From positions 193,129 to 257,128 of the forward strand of contig PLLO01000018.1 in the NCBI GenBank assembly GCA_003142255.1: a stretch of 64,000 nt of DNA. The letters are read 5' to 3'. The translations under genes and the position numbers were made by a program. A model generated the notes under the pieces. It ran no database searches. It was not told the origin of the DNA and saw only the letters and a list, made by a program, of their open reading frames with translations. The stretch comes from Bacteroidales bacterium. GTDB lineage: Bacteria > Bacteroidota > Bacteroidia > Bacteroidales > VadinHA17. Below, piece by piece: positions 44,301 through 52,070 of this stretch (the first letter of the stretch is position 1; the number at the start of each line of letters is the position of its first letter).

Positions 44301-45807
44301 CACCGCTGCCGAAAATGCCGACGGGGCAGAGGTGACAATCGAAGGAAAGGTGCAACTTAAGCAAAATCCCTTTATACTTACAGGAGAGTACCTTGTGCGG
44401 GCATTGATGGGAATAAGGTCCATTTCACTGAGTGTTACCAACTCAGATGGAATGTACCTTCCGGGTTACATGCCGGGGACAAAATACCTCGGAATGTCAA
44501 GTTATAATAATGTACTTGCGCCCGGATGGCCATTTATCCTCGGGTATGACGATTCTAAATTCTTTGACAGGGCAATGAAGAACGGGTGGATCTCCACAGA
44601 TACACTTCTGAACACTCCTGCAGTGTCGAGCAGAAGGAGGGATATATCGCTGCGCAGCATGATCGAACCATTTCCCGGGCTGAAAATAGATATGAATGCA
44701 GAAAGGCGATTCGTTGAAAATATCAGTTCATATTATATTGCCGATGCGAACGGCAATTTCCCTGACAGCACAAGAAACAGAATGGTAAACGGGTCGTTTT
44801 CGATGTCAATTATTTCATGGGGGACTGCATTTGAAAAGATCTCAAAAAGCAATAATTATGTGTCTCCCACTTTCGAGGCTTTCAAGAGGGACCTGGTAAT
44901 TATATCCGAACGAAGAGCGGCACAGAGGGCAAGTATAGATCCGGGTTATAGCCCTGACATAGATCCTGCTACCGGCAATCTGATTGTCGGACCATACAAG
45001 AATGGGTACGGGCAAACCTCAAGGGAAGTGATGGTGCCGGCATTTATTGCTGCATATACAAAGGGTGATCCCTATAAAGTGACCCTTGAGACGTTTCCCT
45101 CGGCAATGAAAATGATGCCGAACTGGAGGATCACTTTTGACGGTCTCTCAAAATTTGAATTTGTGCAGCAGGTTTTTCGTTCAATAAACCTGTCGCATCA
45201 GTACAGGAGTACTTACCAGATTGGCAACTACACCACAAACCTCGAATATTTCACCGATGCTGATGGTCTTACCAGCGCCAGGGACCTTCAGGACAATTTC
45301 ATCCAGCAGTACGAGATAAACACAGTAACGATAACCGAGCAGTTCAGCCCTCTTATCAATGTGGATATGAACTGGAAGAACAGCATGACGACCAGGTTTG
45401 AATGGAAGAAGTCGCGGACGATATCCCTCAACATGTCGAGCAACCAGATAGCTGATGCGCGTACAAATGAGCTTGTAATAGGAGCAGGCTACAGGTTCGA
45501 CAATGTTCAGATAATCGTCAAGACAGGAGGTGGGCAAAAAGCATTCAAGAGCGATCTTAACCTGCGGCTTGACCTCTCGGTCCGCGACAATAAGACTCTG
45601 GCCAGGAAGCTTGTCGAGGATGTAAACCAGCCGGTCGTAGGGTCAAAAGTATTTTCTGCAGGGCTTACTGCCGACTATATTCTGAGCGACAGGTTCAATC
45701 TTCAGATATTTGCAGATCATACCATGAATAACCCGTTTGTAGCTACGACTTTTCCTACTTCCAACACCGATTTCGGGTTCAGCCTCAAGTTTACACTGGT
45801 CCAGTAA
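38371..45807 (+). CDS. sprA: T9SS translocon / gliding-motility protein SprA
   Basis: 2478 aa with a signal peptide and a giant beta-barrel-type sequence ending FGFSLKFTLVQ. Size and composition fit Bacteroidota SprA. TTG start. Confidence 0.85.
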   Translation: MGSGKSYRNLLVFLSLALCAAFILRSADASGQVAVRGSAAEDTTRKSVLKLQDVSGNPWQSSSNSPLFLDNPSNIKSTVIYNADKNEYVIYQKVGSFDYRTPVHMSPAEFRKYEYEKSMRDYWESRISGKQSGFKSTLIPQIEIGGAAFDKVFGSNTINIIPQGSAELIFGINISHTENPTLSEKLKTIPTFDFKEKIQMNVTGTIGDKVQLGVNYNTDAMFDFENRTKLQYAGKEDEILKKVEAGDVTLPLTGTLITGSYSLFGLKTEMQFGKLTVTSIMSQQKGESSTIEAKGGAQQTQFEINVDAYEANRHFFLSQYFRDIYDDALKNLPVVSSGINIERIEVWVTNKTNRFEEGSNRNIIALMDLAENSSHIYNKLPAFQAAAGKPAYPDNGANNMYDQLTSTYSSIRDVDQITSIFDPISSSFQIGRDYEKIENARKLADREYTVNTQLGYISLNSALNNDEVLAVAFEYTLNGQVYKVGEFSTDGIASPKTLILKLLKGTTLTPKLFTWKLMMKNIYSLGSGKLETKDFQLNILYQDDKTGNSINYLPEGKLQKEILLQVLGLDNLNSQNDRQPDGYFDFIDGVTVMIDKGKIVFPEIEPFGSYLKAKINDPIIAQKYVFQELYDSTQTVAQQMAEKDKFKLTGQYSSEYGTEIRLNATNIPQGSVTVTAGGVPLTENTDYTVDYNLGTVTIINAALIESQTPIKVSLENNQFFGFQTKTLVGTHLDYRLSDNFDIGGTILHLTERPYTQKVNYGEEPISNTIWGLNTSYKTQSQALTNIIDKLPFLNTKTPSTLSFFGEFADLVPGHSKAISSAGNSYIDDFESAEIPLDMKSFNAWTLASIPQGQDQFFPESKLNNNLASGFNRAKIAWYVIDPLFLRNGSTTPTYIKEHPQEQSSHFVREIYETELWPYKESASGIPTTITVLNVAYYPNERGPYNFDTNPGPWSKGLTSDGKLNDPESRWGGIMREVLTSDFETANVQYIQFWLMDPFVENPTGAGGDLYIDLGNISEDILRDSRKSFENGLPSTATPINVDTTVWGRVPNVQSVVNAFDNSSESRQYQDIGLDGLSDSDEKTFFSDYLQKSMLVTSAAAYQKILNDPSGDDFHYSRGTDYDDQNLGILDRYKNYNGVDGNSPTSAMSKESYPTSGTTLPDMEDINRDNTLNETESYFQYRISLRPEDLQVGKNNIVDEVEYQPDLEYNKTKVKWFQFKVPIAEYQKAVGNISDFKSIRFMRMFLRNFSEPVHMRFAKLDLVRAEWRKYNLSFMEGGERITVPEPTDGTFEISSVSIEENSGKVPVNYVLPPGFDRVTDPTNPQLRQLNEQSMVLKVQDLEDGDARVAFKNVNLDIREYRRLRMEVHAEAVPGHTLRDNELTAFIRLGSDYRSNFYEYEIPLKLTAPGHYSDKTDESRALVWPSDNSFNIDLSELQAAKSERNRQMDEPGSSLSLSDVFVYVKDGHRISVSGNPNLSDVKVLMIGVRNPIKTRSPSTDDGYTKWGEVWVNELRLSDFVENGGWAANAHLQARLADLGTIDMVGQKSTPGWGTIDSKVNERSKEDISKYDLSSTIELGKFFPEKVQVRLPVYVGYSGTRIKPEYNPLDPDIKLSDAEAAAKNKAERDSIKSLTEEHALRKTITVSNAGIGKRGTKPHAWDIANLSANYTYNEVSSSNIKTEINLEKNYKGGLNYDFQGQPANIMPFKNFRFLNGKLFSIIKDFNFYVFPKSLTFRTDLTRYYNEIKTRNIDNPYLLITPTFRKDFEWSRLYDFKYDVTRLLKVDFTATNLARIDEPGGGVDKKRYASEYQIWRDSVLTNLKNFGRTTSYNHVINVTYTLPLNKLPLLSWLNSNLRYGSDYTWLAGPLYPDSLNIHIGNSIKNHSELTFTAMGNLAAIYAKSKFLKKVENDTRPEAKQKLKAQFKTVTFTKGNQNFKTNAVKGIIHNLGTKDVKVRVQKKNGEELKGKVDIVNDNRVNFTAAENADGAEVTIEGKVQLKQNPFILTGEYLVRALMGIRSISLSVTNSDGMYLPGYMPGTKYLGMSSYNNVLAPGWPFILGYDDSKFFDRAMKNGWISTDTLLNTPAVSSRRRDISLRSMIEPFPGLKIDMNAERRFVENISSYYIADANGNFPDSTRNRMVNGSFSMSIISWGTAFEKISKSNNYVSPTFEAFKRDLVIISERRAAQRASIDPGYSPDIDPATGNLIVGPYKNGYGQTSREVMVPAFIAAYTKGDPYKVTLETFPSAMKMMPNWRITFDGLSKFEFVQQVFRSINLSHQYRSTYQIGNYTTNLEYFTDADGLTSARDLQDNFIQQYEINTVTITEQFSPLINVDMNWKNSMTTRFEWKKSRTISLNMSSNQIADARTNELVIGAGYRFDNVQIIVKTGGGQKAFKSDLNLRLDLSVRDNKTLARKLVEDVNQPVVGSKVFSAGLTADYILSDRFNLQIFADHTMNNPFVATTFPTSNTDFGFSLKFTLVQ

Positions 45808-45844
45808 ACTATTTTTTCTTCTCTCTTCTTTTTTACGTTTTTTT

Positions 45845-45860
45845 CAGAAAACGTTTGAAA
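45845..45860. promoter_or_regulatory. Operator-like site CAGAAAACGTTTGAAA (site 1)
   Basis: 17/18 identical to 56844-56861. Core AAACGTTT palindrome. Confidence 0.45.
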
Positions 45861-45899
45861 CAAAGTTACACTTGTTTTTTCCCTCATAACAATACGAAT

Positions 45900-45931
45900 C
45901 TGCGTGAAAATAAATGACATACGCAGTTTTT
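45900..45931 (+). terminator. Possible terminator after sprA
   Basis: CTGCGT (15-nt loop) ACGCAG TTTTT. Confidence 0.45.
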
Positions 45932-45949
45932 ATTGACAATCATTTTCTA

Positions 45950-45957
45950 TATTTTTG
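45950..45957 (+). promoter_or_regulatory. -7 box TATTTTTG upstream of the MFS transporter operon
   Basis: Matches TAnnTTTG, 40 nt upstream of the ATG at 45997. Confidence 0.5.
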
Positions 45958-45996
45958 GGTAGCTTTCCAGTGATTTTTTAGAAATACCTGAATTCA

Positions 45997-47523
45997 ATGA
46001 AAAGACCAAAACCAAAGCTTACCTTCTGGCAGATATGGAATATGAGTTTCGGATTCCTGGGGATCCAGTTTGGATTTGCACTTCAGAATGCAAATGTCAG
46101 CAGGATTTTTGAAACGCTCGGTGCAAAAGTTGAAAGCATTCCCATCTTGTGGATTGCTGCTCCCGTCACAGGCCTTATCATGCAGCCGATAATCGGACAC
46201 ATGAGCGATAACACCTGGAACAGGCTCGGACGAAGACGCCCCTACTTCCTGACAGGAGCAATACTGGCTTCTTGTGCTCTCCTCATTATGCCCAATTCTC
46301 CTGTGCTCTGGGTTGCTGCAGGAATGCTTTGGATCATGGATGCTTCCATTAATATTTCAATGGAACCGTTCAGGGCATTCGTCGGCGACATGCTTCCGGC
46401 TGACCAGCGGACAGCAGGTTTTGCAACACAAAGCTTTTTTATCGGAACGGGAGCAGTCATAGCTTCTCTTCTGCCATATATCCTCACTAATTGGTTCAAG
46501 GTTCCAAATACTGCGCCGGCAGGCGAAATTCCTCTTTCAGTAAAGCTATCATTTTACATCGGGGGCATCGTTTTTATATCTGCTGTTCTCTATACAATAA
46601 TAAGAACGAAGGAATATTCTCCTGAAGAGCTTCGTGATTTTTCGGAAGAAGAGATTAAAGTTGAAAGGGAAGATCTTAATTCAGTTGAATCACTTGGAAG
46701 CAAGGCTTTCTTCGTAAGGGGAATCTGGTGGGTAATTGCAGGTGCGGCCATAAGCTTCCTTATCTGGCATTTTTCACTCGAGAAAGAATTGTATATCCTT
46801 TCTGTTGGCGTGGCAGGATTCGGAATTATACAGATGATTACCGGAGGTCTTATTGCTGGCGGCAAAACAACCAATGGCGTTGTTATTGTCCTGCGCGATC
46901 TTATAATGATGCCCAAAACTATGGGGCAGCTGGCAATTGTACAATTCTTTTCATGGTTCGCCCTTTTCTCAATGTGGATTTATACTACATCGGCTGTCAC
47001 CAGCCATATTTACGGTACCAAGGATCCGACAAGCGAGCTTTATAACCAGGGCGCAAACTGGGTAGGTGTGCTCTTTGCCGTTTATAATGGCTTCGCAGCT
47101 ATCGTTGCTTTCCTTCTTCCCGTTCTTGCAAAACTGACAAACAGGAGGATTACCCATGCCATAAGCCTTGTTGCCGGAGGACTGGGATTGATTTCAATAA
47201 TACTTTTTAAAACACCTCATATGCTCATCATTTCGATGGTGGGAATAGGGCTCGCCTGGGCAAGCATATTATCAATGCCATATGCGATTCTTACGGGCTC
47301 CCTTCCTGCAAACAAGATGGGGACGTATATGGGGATATTCAACTTTTTCATTGTGATACCCCAGATATTGGCTGCAAGCATCCTTGGATTTTTTGTAAAG
47401 AGCCTTTTCCATGGCGAAAGCATTTACGCCCTGGTAACCGGGGGAATTTCGATGTTCATAGCAGCCCTGCTGGTTCTTGTGCTGGTTAAGGATGCCGATG
47501 AAGTAAAAAAACTAAAAAGCTGA
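45997..47523 (+). CDS. MFS sugar transporter (SLC45/GPH-like, likely maltose/maltodextrin)
   Basis: 12-TM profile and RLGRRRPY loop motif. First gene of the pgmB-GH65-GH13 operon. Confidence 0.8.
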   Translation: MKRPKPKLTFWQIWNMSFGFLGIQFGFALQNANVSRIFETLGAKVESIPILWIAAPVTGLIMQPIIGHMSDNTWNRLGRRRPYFLTGAILASCALLIMPNSPVLWVAAGMLWIMDASINISMEPFRAFVGDMLPADQRTAGFATQSFFIGTGAVIASLLPYILTNWFKVPNTAPAGEIPLSVKLSFYIGGIVFISAVLYTIIRTKEYSPEELRDFSEEEIKVEREDLNSVESLGSKAFFVRGIWWVIAGAAISFLIWHFSLEKELYILSVGVAGFGIIQMITGGLIAGGKTTNGVVIVLRDLIMMPKTMGQLAIVQFFSWFALFSMWIYTTSAVTSHIYGTKDPTSELYNQGANWVGVLFAVYNGFAAIVAFLLPVLAKLTNRRITHAISLVAGGLGLISIILFKTPHMLIISMVGIGLAWASILSMPYAILTGSLPANKMGTYMGIFNFFIVIPQILAASILGFFVKSLFHGESIYALVTGGISMFIAALLVLVLVKDADEVKKLKS

Positions 47524-48188
47524 TGCATACACAGGCGTGCATTTTTGATCTCGACGGTGTAATCGTTGATACTGCCAAATATCATTACCTGGCATGGAAA
47601 CGGCTTGCCGATCAGCTGAAAATTGATTTTACAGAGAAGGATAATGAAAGGCTGAAGGGCGTAAGCAGGATAGCCTCTCTTAACATAATTCTGGAGATTG
47701 GGAATATGCATCCCGACGACAGGACGAAGGAAAAGTATGCTGCCCTGAAAAATGAATGGTATGTCGATTATATAAAAAGGATGACGCCGGATGAAATACT
47801 TCCCGGAAGCATCGAATTCATAAATGAGCTGCGGGAGGCCGGTATTAAAGTAGGATTGGGGTCGGCAAGCCGAAACACACCATTGATCCTGAAGCGCGTT
47901 GGCATGAGAAATTTATTTGATGCCGTGGCCGATGGTAACGTGGTACATAAGGCCAAGCCTGATCCGGAAGTATTTTTAACAGCTGCAAAAATGTTGAATA
48001 CTGATCCCCGGTTCTGCGTTGTTTTTGAGGATGCCGTTGCAGGTGTCGAAGCCGCCCTGAATGCCGGGATGATATGCGTGGGGATAGGTTCCGGGAAAAT
48101 ACTTACAAAGGCTCATTTCGTAGTTCCGGGACTTGCAATGATGAATATTGAAAAACTGAAGGAAATTGAAAGAAAAGCAAGAATATGA
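47523..48188 (+). CDS. pgmB: Beta-phosphoglucomutase (HAD)
   Basis: IFDLDGVIVDT motif, 221 aa, upstream of GH65. Confidence 0.85.
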   Translation: MHTQACIFDLDGVIVDTAKYHYLAWKRLADQLKIDFTEKDNERLKGVSRIASLNIILEIGNMHPDDRTKEKYAALKNEWYVDYIKRMTPDEILPGSIEFINELREAGIKVGLGSASRNTPLILKRVGMRNLFDAVADGNVVHKAKPDPEVFLTAAKMLNTDPRFCVVFEDAVAGVEAALNAGMICVGIGSGKILTKAHFVVPGLAMMNIEKLKEIERKARI

Positions 48189-50500
48189 ACAATTGCTATA
48201 AACTGGATGAGTGGCAAATAATCGAGGAGGGATTTCACCCCGACAGGAACAGGGAATCTGAAAGCATCTTTTCGATTGGGAACGGCTATATGGGCCAGCG
48301 GGCCAACTTTGAGGAGCAATATTCAGGCGACTCCCTCCAGGGAACCTATGTCGCCGGGGTCTATTATCCTGATAAAACCCGGGTCGGATGGTGGAAGAAT
48401 GGATACCCGGAATATTTTGCAAAAGTTCTGAATGCTCCAAAATGGATTGGAATAGATATCTCTGTGAATGGCCAGCCCGTCGACCTTGCCACTGCAAGGA
48501 TCATATCCTTCAAAAGAACTCTCAGCATGAAGGAGGGCTTCCTTGACAGGAGCTTCAAAATAGCACTTCCAAAAAATAAAACACTCGAATTCTACACACG
48601 AAGGTTCCTCAGTATGTCGGAACCCGACCTTGGAATTGTCAGGTATTCTGTTAAATCCGTGGACTTTGACGGGCCCATCGAGTTTAATTCCTACATTGAT
48701 TCCGATGTCAGGAATGAAGATGCGAACTACGGGAAGAAATTCTGGACTGAGGTAGAAAGGGATTCATCCGCAGGTACCGGGATCATCATATCGAGGACAA
48801 TGAAAACGGACTTCCATGTCGCAACCGGGATGTCCTGCAACCTTACCAGGAACGGGAAGGCTGTTACAGTAAAACCTTCGATAACCAATCGCGAAAAATA
48901 TGTTGCCAGCACATATCGCACCGAGATAAATCCAGGCGACGAACTGATAATGTTCAAGTATGTCTCCGTACTCTCTTCGCTGAATAATGAGAAGGATGCA
49001 CTGATGAGCGATGTCAAAAAACGGCTGGGAGAAGCCGCTGCCATGGGATTCGACAAACTCTTTGCCGACCACAGGGCGGAATGGAGAAAGATATGGGCTT
49101 ATTCAGATGTTGTGATAGAAGGCGACCTTGCCGCCCAGCAGGCAATAAGATTCAATATATTCCAGCTTAACCAGACCTATACGGGAAAGGATGAAAGACT
49201 CAATATCGGACCAAAAGGATTTACCGGTGAAAAATACGGTGGAAGCACCTACTGGGATACCGAAGCCTTTGCTCTTCCATTCTTCCTGAAAACAGCAGAT
49301 CAGAAAGTGGCCAGGAACCTGCTCCTTTACAGGTATAAGCATCTGGGTGCCAGCATTAAAAACGCTCAGAAACTTGGATTCAGGAACGGAGCCGCCCTAT
49401 ACCCCATGGTAACAATGAATGGCGAGGAGTGCCATAATGAGTGGGAGATAACTTTTGAAGAGATACACCGGAACGGCGCAATTGCCTATGCTATCTATAA
49501 TTATATAAGGTATACGGGAGATATCGATTATATGGTCGATTACGGACTGGAGGTGCTGATAGGCATTTCGAGGTTCTGGAACCAGCGAGCCACCTGGTCC
49601 GATTATAGGAAGAAATACGTGATACTCGGTGTCACGGGCCCCAACGAGTATGAGAACAATGTCTGCAATAACTGGTACACAAATACACTTGCTGTATGGA
49701 CATTATCATATACGCTGAGCTGTCTCGAACAGCTTAAGATAGATAACCCTCCGCGATTTAATGAGATTGCCGCTAAAACGGGCCTGGATTTTGAGAAGGA
49801 GACAGCAGAATGGCAGAAGGTCATTGGCAAAATGTATCTTCCTTTCGACAGCGACCGCAAAGTATTTCTTCAGCAGGATGGATTCCTCGATAAGGAGCTC
49901 ATGCCTGCCGATAAGATTCCGGCTGAAGAGCGTCCCATTAACCAGCACTGGTCGTGGGACAGGATACTCCGCTCGTGTTTCCTTAAACAGGCTGATGTAC
50001 TGCAGGGGCTCTATCTCTTTGAAGATAAATTCGACCTTGAAACAATTAAAAGGAATTTCAATTTCTATGAACCGATGACAGTTCATGAATCATCATTATC
50101 GGCCTGCATTCATTCGATCATAGCCTCACGCATCGGGAATACTGCCAAAGCATATGAGCTATACCTGAGGACTGCGCGCCTTGACCTTGATGATTACAAC
50201 AATGAAGTCGGAGATGGCCTTCATATAACCAGCATGGCTGGAACCTGGCTCGCAATTGTCGAAGGGTTCGGAGGCATGCGTATACTCGACAGCAAGGTGA
50301 AGATACACCCGATGATACCGGATCTGTGGAAATCATATTCTTTCCATGCCAGGTTCAGGGGCATCCTCTTCGAAGTAAAAGTGACCCATAAGGAGATTAC
50401 CGTCCGGAATATATCAGATAAGACATTGCAGATAATGGTATATTCAAAGAATTACCGCATACCTGCTTCCGGCAAAGAAAACATACCGATAGAAAAATAA
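48185..50500 (+). CDS. GH65 maltose/kojibiose-type phosphorylase
   Basis: 771 aa. VTGPNEYENNV and GEKYGGSTYWDTE regions are typical of GH65. Confidence 0.85.
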   Translation: MNNCYKLDEWQIIEEGFHPDRNRESESIFSIGNGYMGQRANFEEQYSGDSLQGTYVAGVYYPDKTRVGWWKNGYPEYFAKVLNAPKWIGIDISVNGQPVDLATARIISFKRTLSMKEGFLDRSFKIALPKNKTLEFYTRRFLSMSEPDLGIVRYSVKSVDFDGPIEFNSYIDSDVRNEDANYGKKFWTEVERDSSAGTGIIISRTMKTDFHVATGMSCNLTRNGKAVTVKPSITNREKYVASTYRTEINPGDELIMFKYVSVLSSLNNEKDALMSDVKKRLGEAAAMGFDKLFADHRAEWRKIWAYSDVVIEGDLAAQQAIRFNIFQLNQTYTGKDERLNIGPKGFTGEKYGGSTYWDTEAFALPFFLKTADQKVARNLLLYRYKHLGASIKNAQKLGFRNGAALYPMVTMNGEECHNEWEITFEEIHRNGAIAYAIYNYIRYTGDIDYMVDYGLEVLIGISRFWNQRATWSDYRKKYVILGVTGPNEYENNVCNNWYTNTLAVWTLSYTLSCLEQLKIDNPPRFNEIAAKTGLDFEKETAEWQKVIGKMYLPFDSDRKVFLQQDGFLDKELMPADKIPAEERPINQHWSWDRILRSCFLKQADVLQGLYLFEDKFDLETIKRNFNFYEPMTVHESSLSACIHSIIASRIGNTAKAYELYLRTARLDLDDYNNEVGDGLHITSMAGTWLAIVEGFGGMRILDSKVKIHPMIPDLWKSYSFHARFRGILFEVKVTHKEITVRNISDKTLQIMVYSKNYRIPASGKENIPIEK

Positions 50501-50519
50501 TAAACTCAACCCTGAAACC

Positions 50520-51899
50520 ATGGAAAAACTGCCCGTTAGTCTTTTAACCCTGTTCCTGGCTGTAACGATCTTAATAGCAGGATGCACTCTCTTCGGTAAA
50601 AAGAAGGAGATCAAGCCTCTCATATCGGAGGTCGTCCATCCCGAATGGTCAAAAAACATCGTAATGTACGAGGTGAATGTAAGGCAATATACTCCTGAGG
50701 GAACATTAAAGGCATTTGAGGAGCATCTGCCCAGGCTGAAAGCACTCGGCGTCGATGTATTATGGTTCATGCCTACCTTCCCGATAGGCATAGTCAACAG
50801 AAAGGGTGAGCTGGGGAGTTATTATTCAGTGAGGAATTTCATGGATGTAAACCCCGAATTCGGAACGATCGATGATTTCAAGGAAGTTATGGATAAGGCG
50901 CACGATCTTGGAATGCACGTAATGCTCGACTGGGTGCCAAATCATACTTCATGGGATAACCCTCTTGCTGTCGAGCATCCTGATTATTACATGAAGGATT
51001 CAACCGGCAAGTTCACTCCTCCTATCGGGACTGACTGGACGGATGTTATCCAGCTCGACTGGTCGAAGAAAGGACTTCAGGATTATATGATCAGTGCAAT
51101 GTCGTTCTGGGTCAGGATGGGTGTTGACGGCTTCCGGGTCGATCATCCGCATAACACTCCGAAAGAGTTCTGGGAAAGGGCGAGAACAGAACTTAATACG
51201 ATTAAGCCTGTCCTTATGCTGGCTGAGATAGAAGAACCATATAATTACCTCGAAAAAGGATTCGACATGAATTATGCATGGGAGCTTCATCATCTGATGA
51301 ACAGCGTGGCCCAGGGTAAAGACAGCGCAAATGCCGTTGCAAAATATTTTAAAAAAGAATGGGCTAAATATCCCAACAATGCATATCGCCTGCAATTCCT
51401 TACCAACCACGACGAAAACTCATGGGCAGGAACGATAGACTCACTTATTGGAGATGCACAGCGAATGGCTGCAACGATGATCTTTACCGATCAGGCTGTT
51501 CCTCTTATCTACAGTGGACAGGAGGATTGCCTTAATAAGAAACTGAAATTCTTTGTCAGGGATCCTATTCAATGGGATAGTTGTGATCTTACTGGCTTCT
51601 ATCAGAGTCTGATCAGGCTGAAGAAGGGGAATGAAGCTCTCTGGAACGGCGATTTCGGGGGCCCGATGGTTAAAATCAAGACAAACAGGGATAATAAAGT
51701 GTTCGCATATTTCAGGGAAAAGGGTGGAAACAGGGTCATTATCTTTCTTAACCTAACGAAAAAAAGCGTTTCATTTCAACCTGATCTTAAAGGCCTTGAA
51801 GGAGAATACACAGAATATTTCACTGGTGAAAAAGCAGCCCTTCCATTAAGTGTAAACCTTACACTTAATCCCTGGGGATATAAAGTGTTTATAAAATAG
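50520..51899 (+). CDS. GH13 alpha-amylase-family lipoprotein
   Basis: Leader ILIAGC. GH13 regions DWVPNH, GVDGFRVDH, MLAEIEE and FLTNHDEN. Confidence 0.85.
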   Translation: MEKLPVSLLTLFLAVTILIAGCTLFGKKKEIKPLISEVVHPEWSKNIVMYEVNVRQYTPEGTLKAFEEHLPRLKALGVDVLWFMPTFPIGIVNRKGELGSYYSVRNFMDVNPEFGTIDDFKEVMDKAHDLGMHVMLDWVPNHTSWDNPLAVEHPDYYMKDSTGKFTPPIGTDWTDVIQLDWSKKGLQDYMISAMSFWVRMGVDGFRVDHPHNTPKEFWERARTELNTIKPVLMLAEIEEPYNYLEKGFDMNYAWELHHLMNSVAQGKDSANAVAKYFKKEWAKYPNNAYRLQFLTNHDENSWAGTIDSLIGDAQRMAATMIFTDQAVPLIYSGQEDCLNKKLKFFVRDPIQWDSCDLTGFYQSLIRLKKGNEALWNGDFGGPMVKIKTNRDNKVFAYFREKGGNRVIIFLNLTKKSVSFQPDLKGLEGEYTEYFTGEKAALPLSVNLTLNPWGYKVFIK

Positions 51900-51900
51900 A

Positions 51901-52037
51901 GGCCCCCGGCAATCCGCCAGCCGGCGGATTGCCTGCCCCCTAAAGGGGGCTTAATCCAATTTTTGTTGGCAAATTGCTAATATGCTCCATATTAGCCCCC
52001 CCCCTTTAGGGGGGTTGGGGGGCAGGTAAAAGGGGGG
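51901..52037. repeat. GC-rich hairpin element (copy E)
   Basis: CAATCCGCCagccGGCGGATTG, GCCCCCtaaaGGGGGC TTAATCCA .. CCCCCCtttaGGGGGG TTGGGGGGC. Confidence 0.55.
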
Positions 52038-52070
52038 AGAATGAACAAATGCAGATTAAAATCTTAAACA

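Noticed and set aside
38863-45537. Many 60-118 aa minus-strand ORFs inside sprA
   Set aside because: They lie entirely within and antisense to a 2478-aa gene with a continuous frame, and have no motifs. They are typical shadow ORFs.
47976-48497. 173-aa minus-strand ORF across the pgmB/GH65 boundary
   Set aside because: It is antisense to two genes with strong family motifs, and its composition is arginine/proline-rich, as is typical of GC-rich antisense frames.
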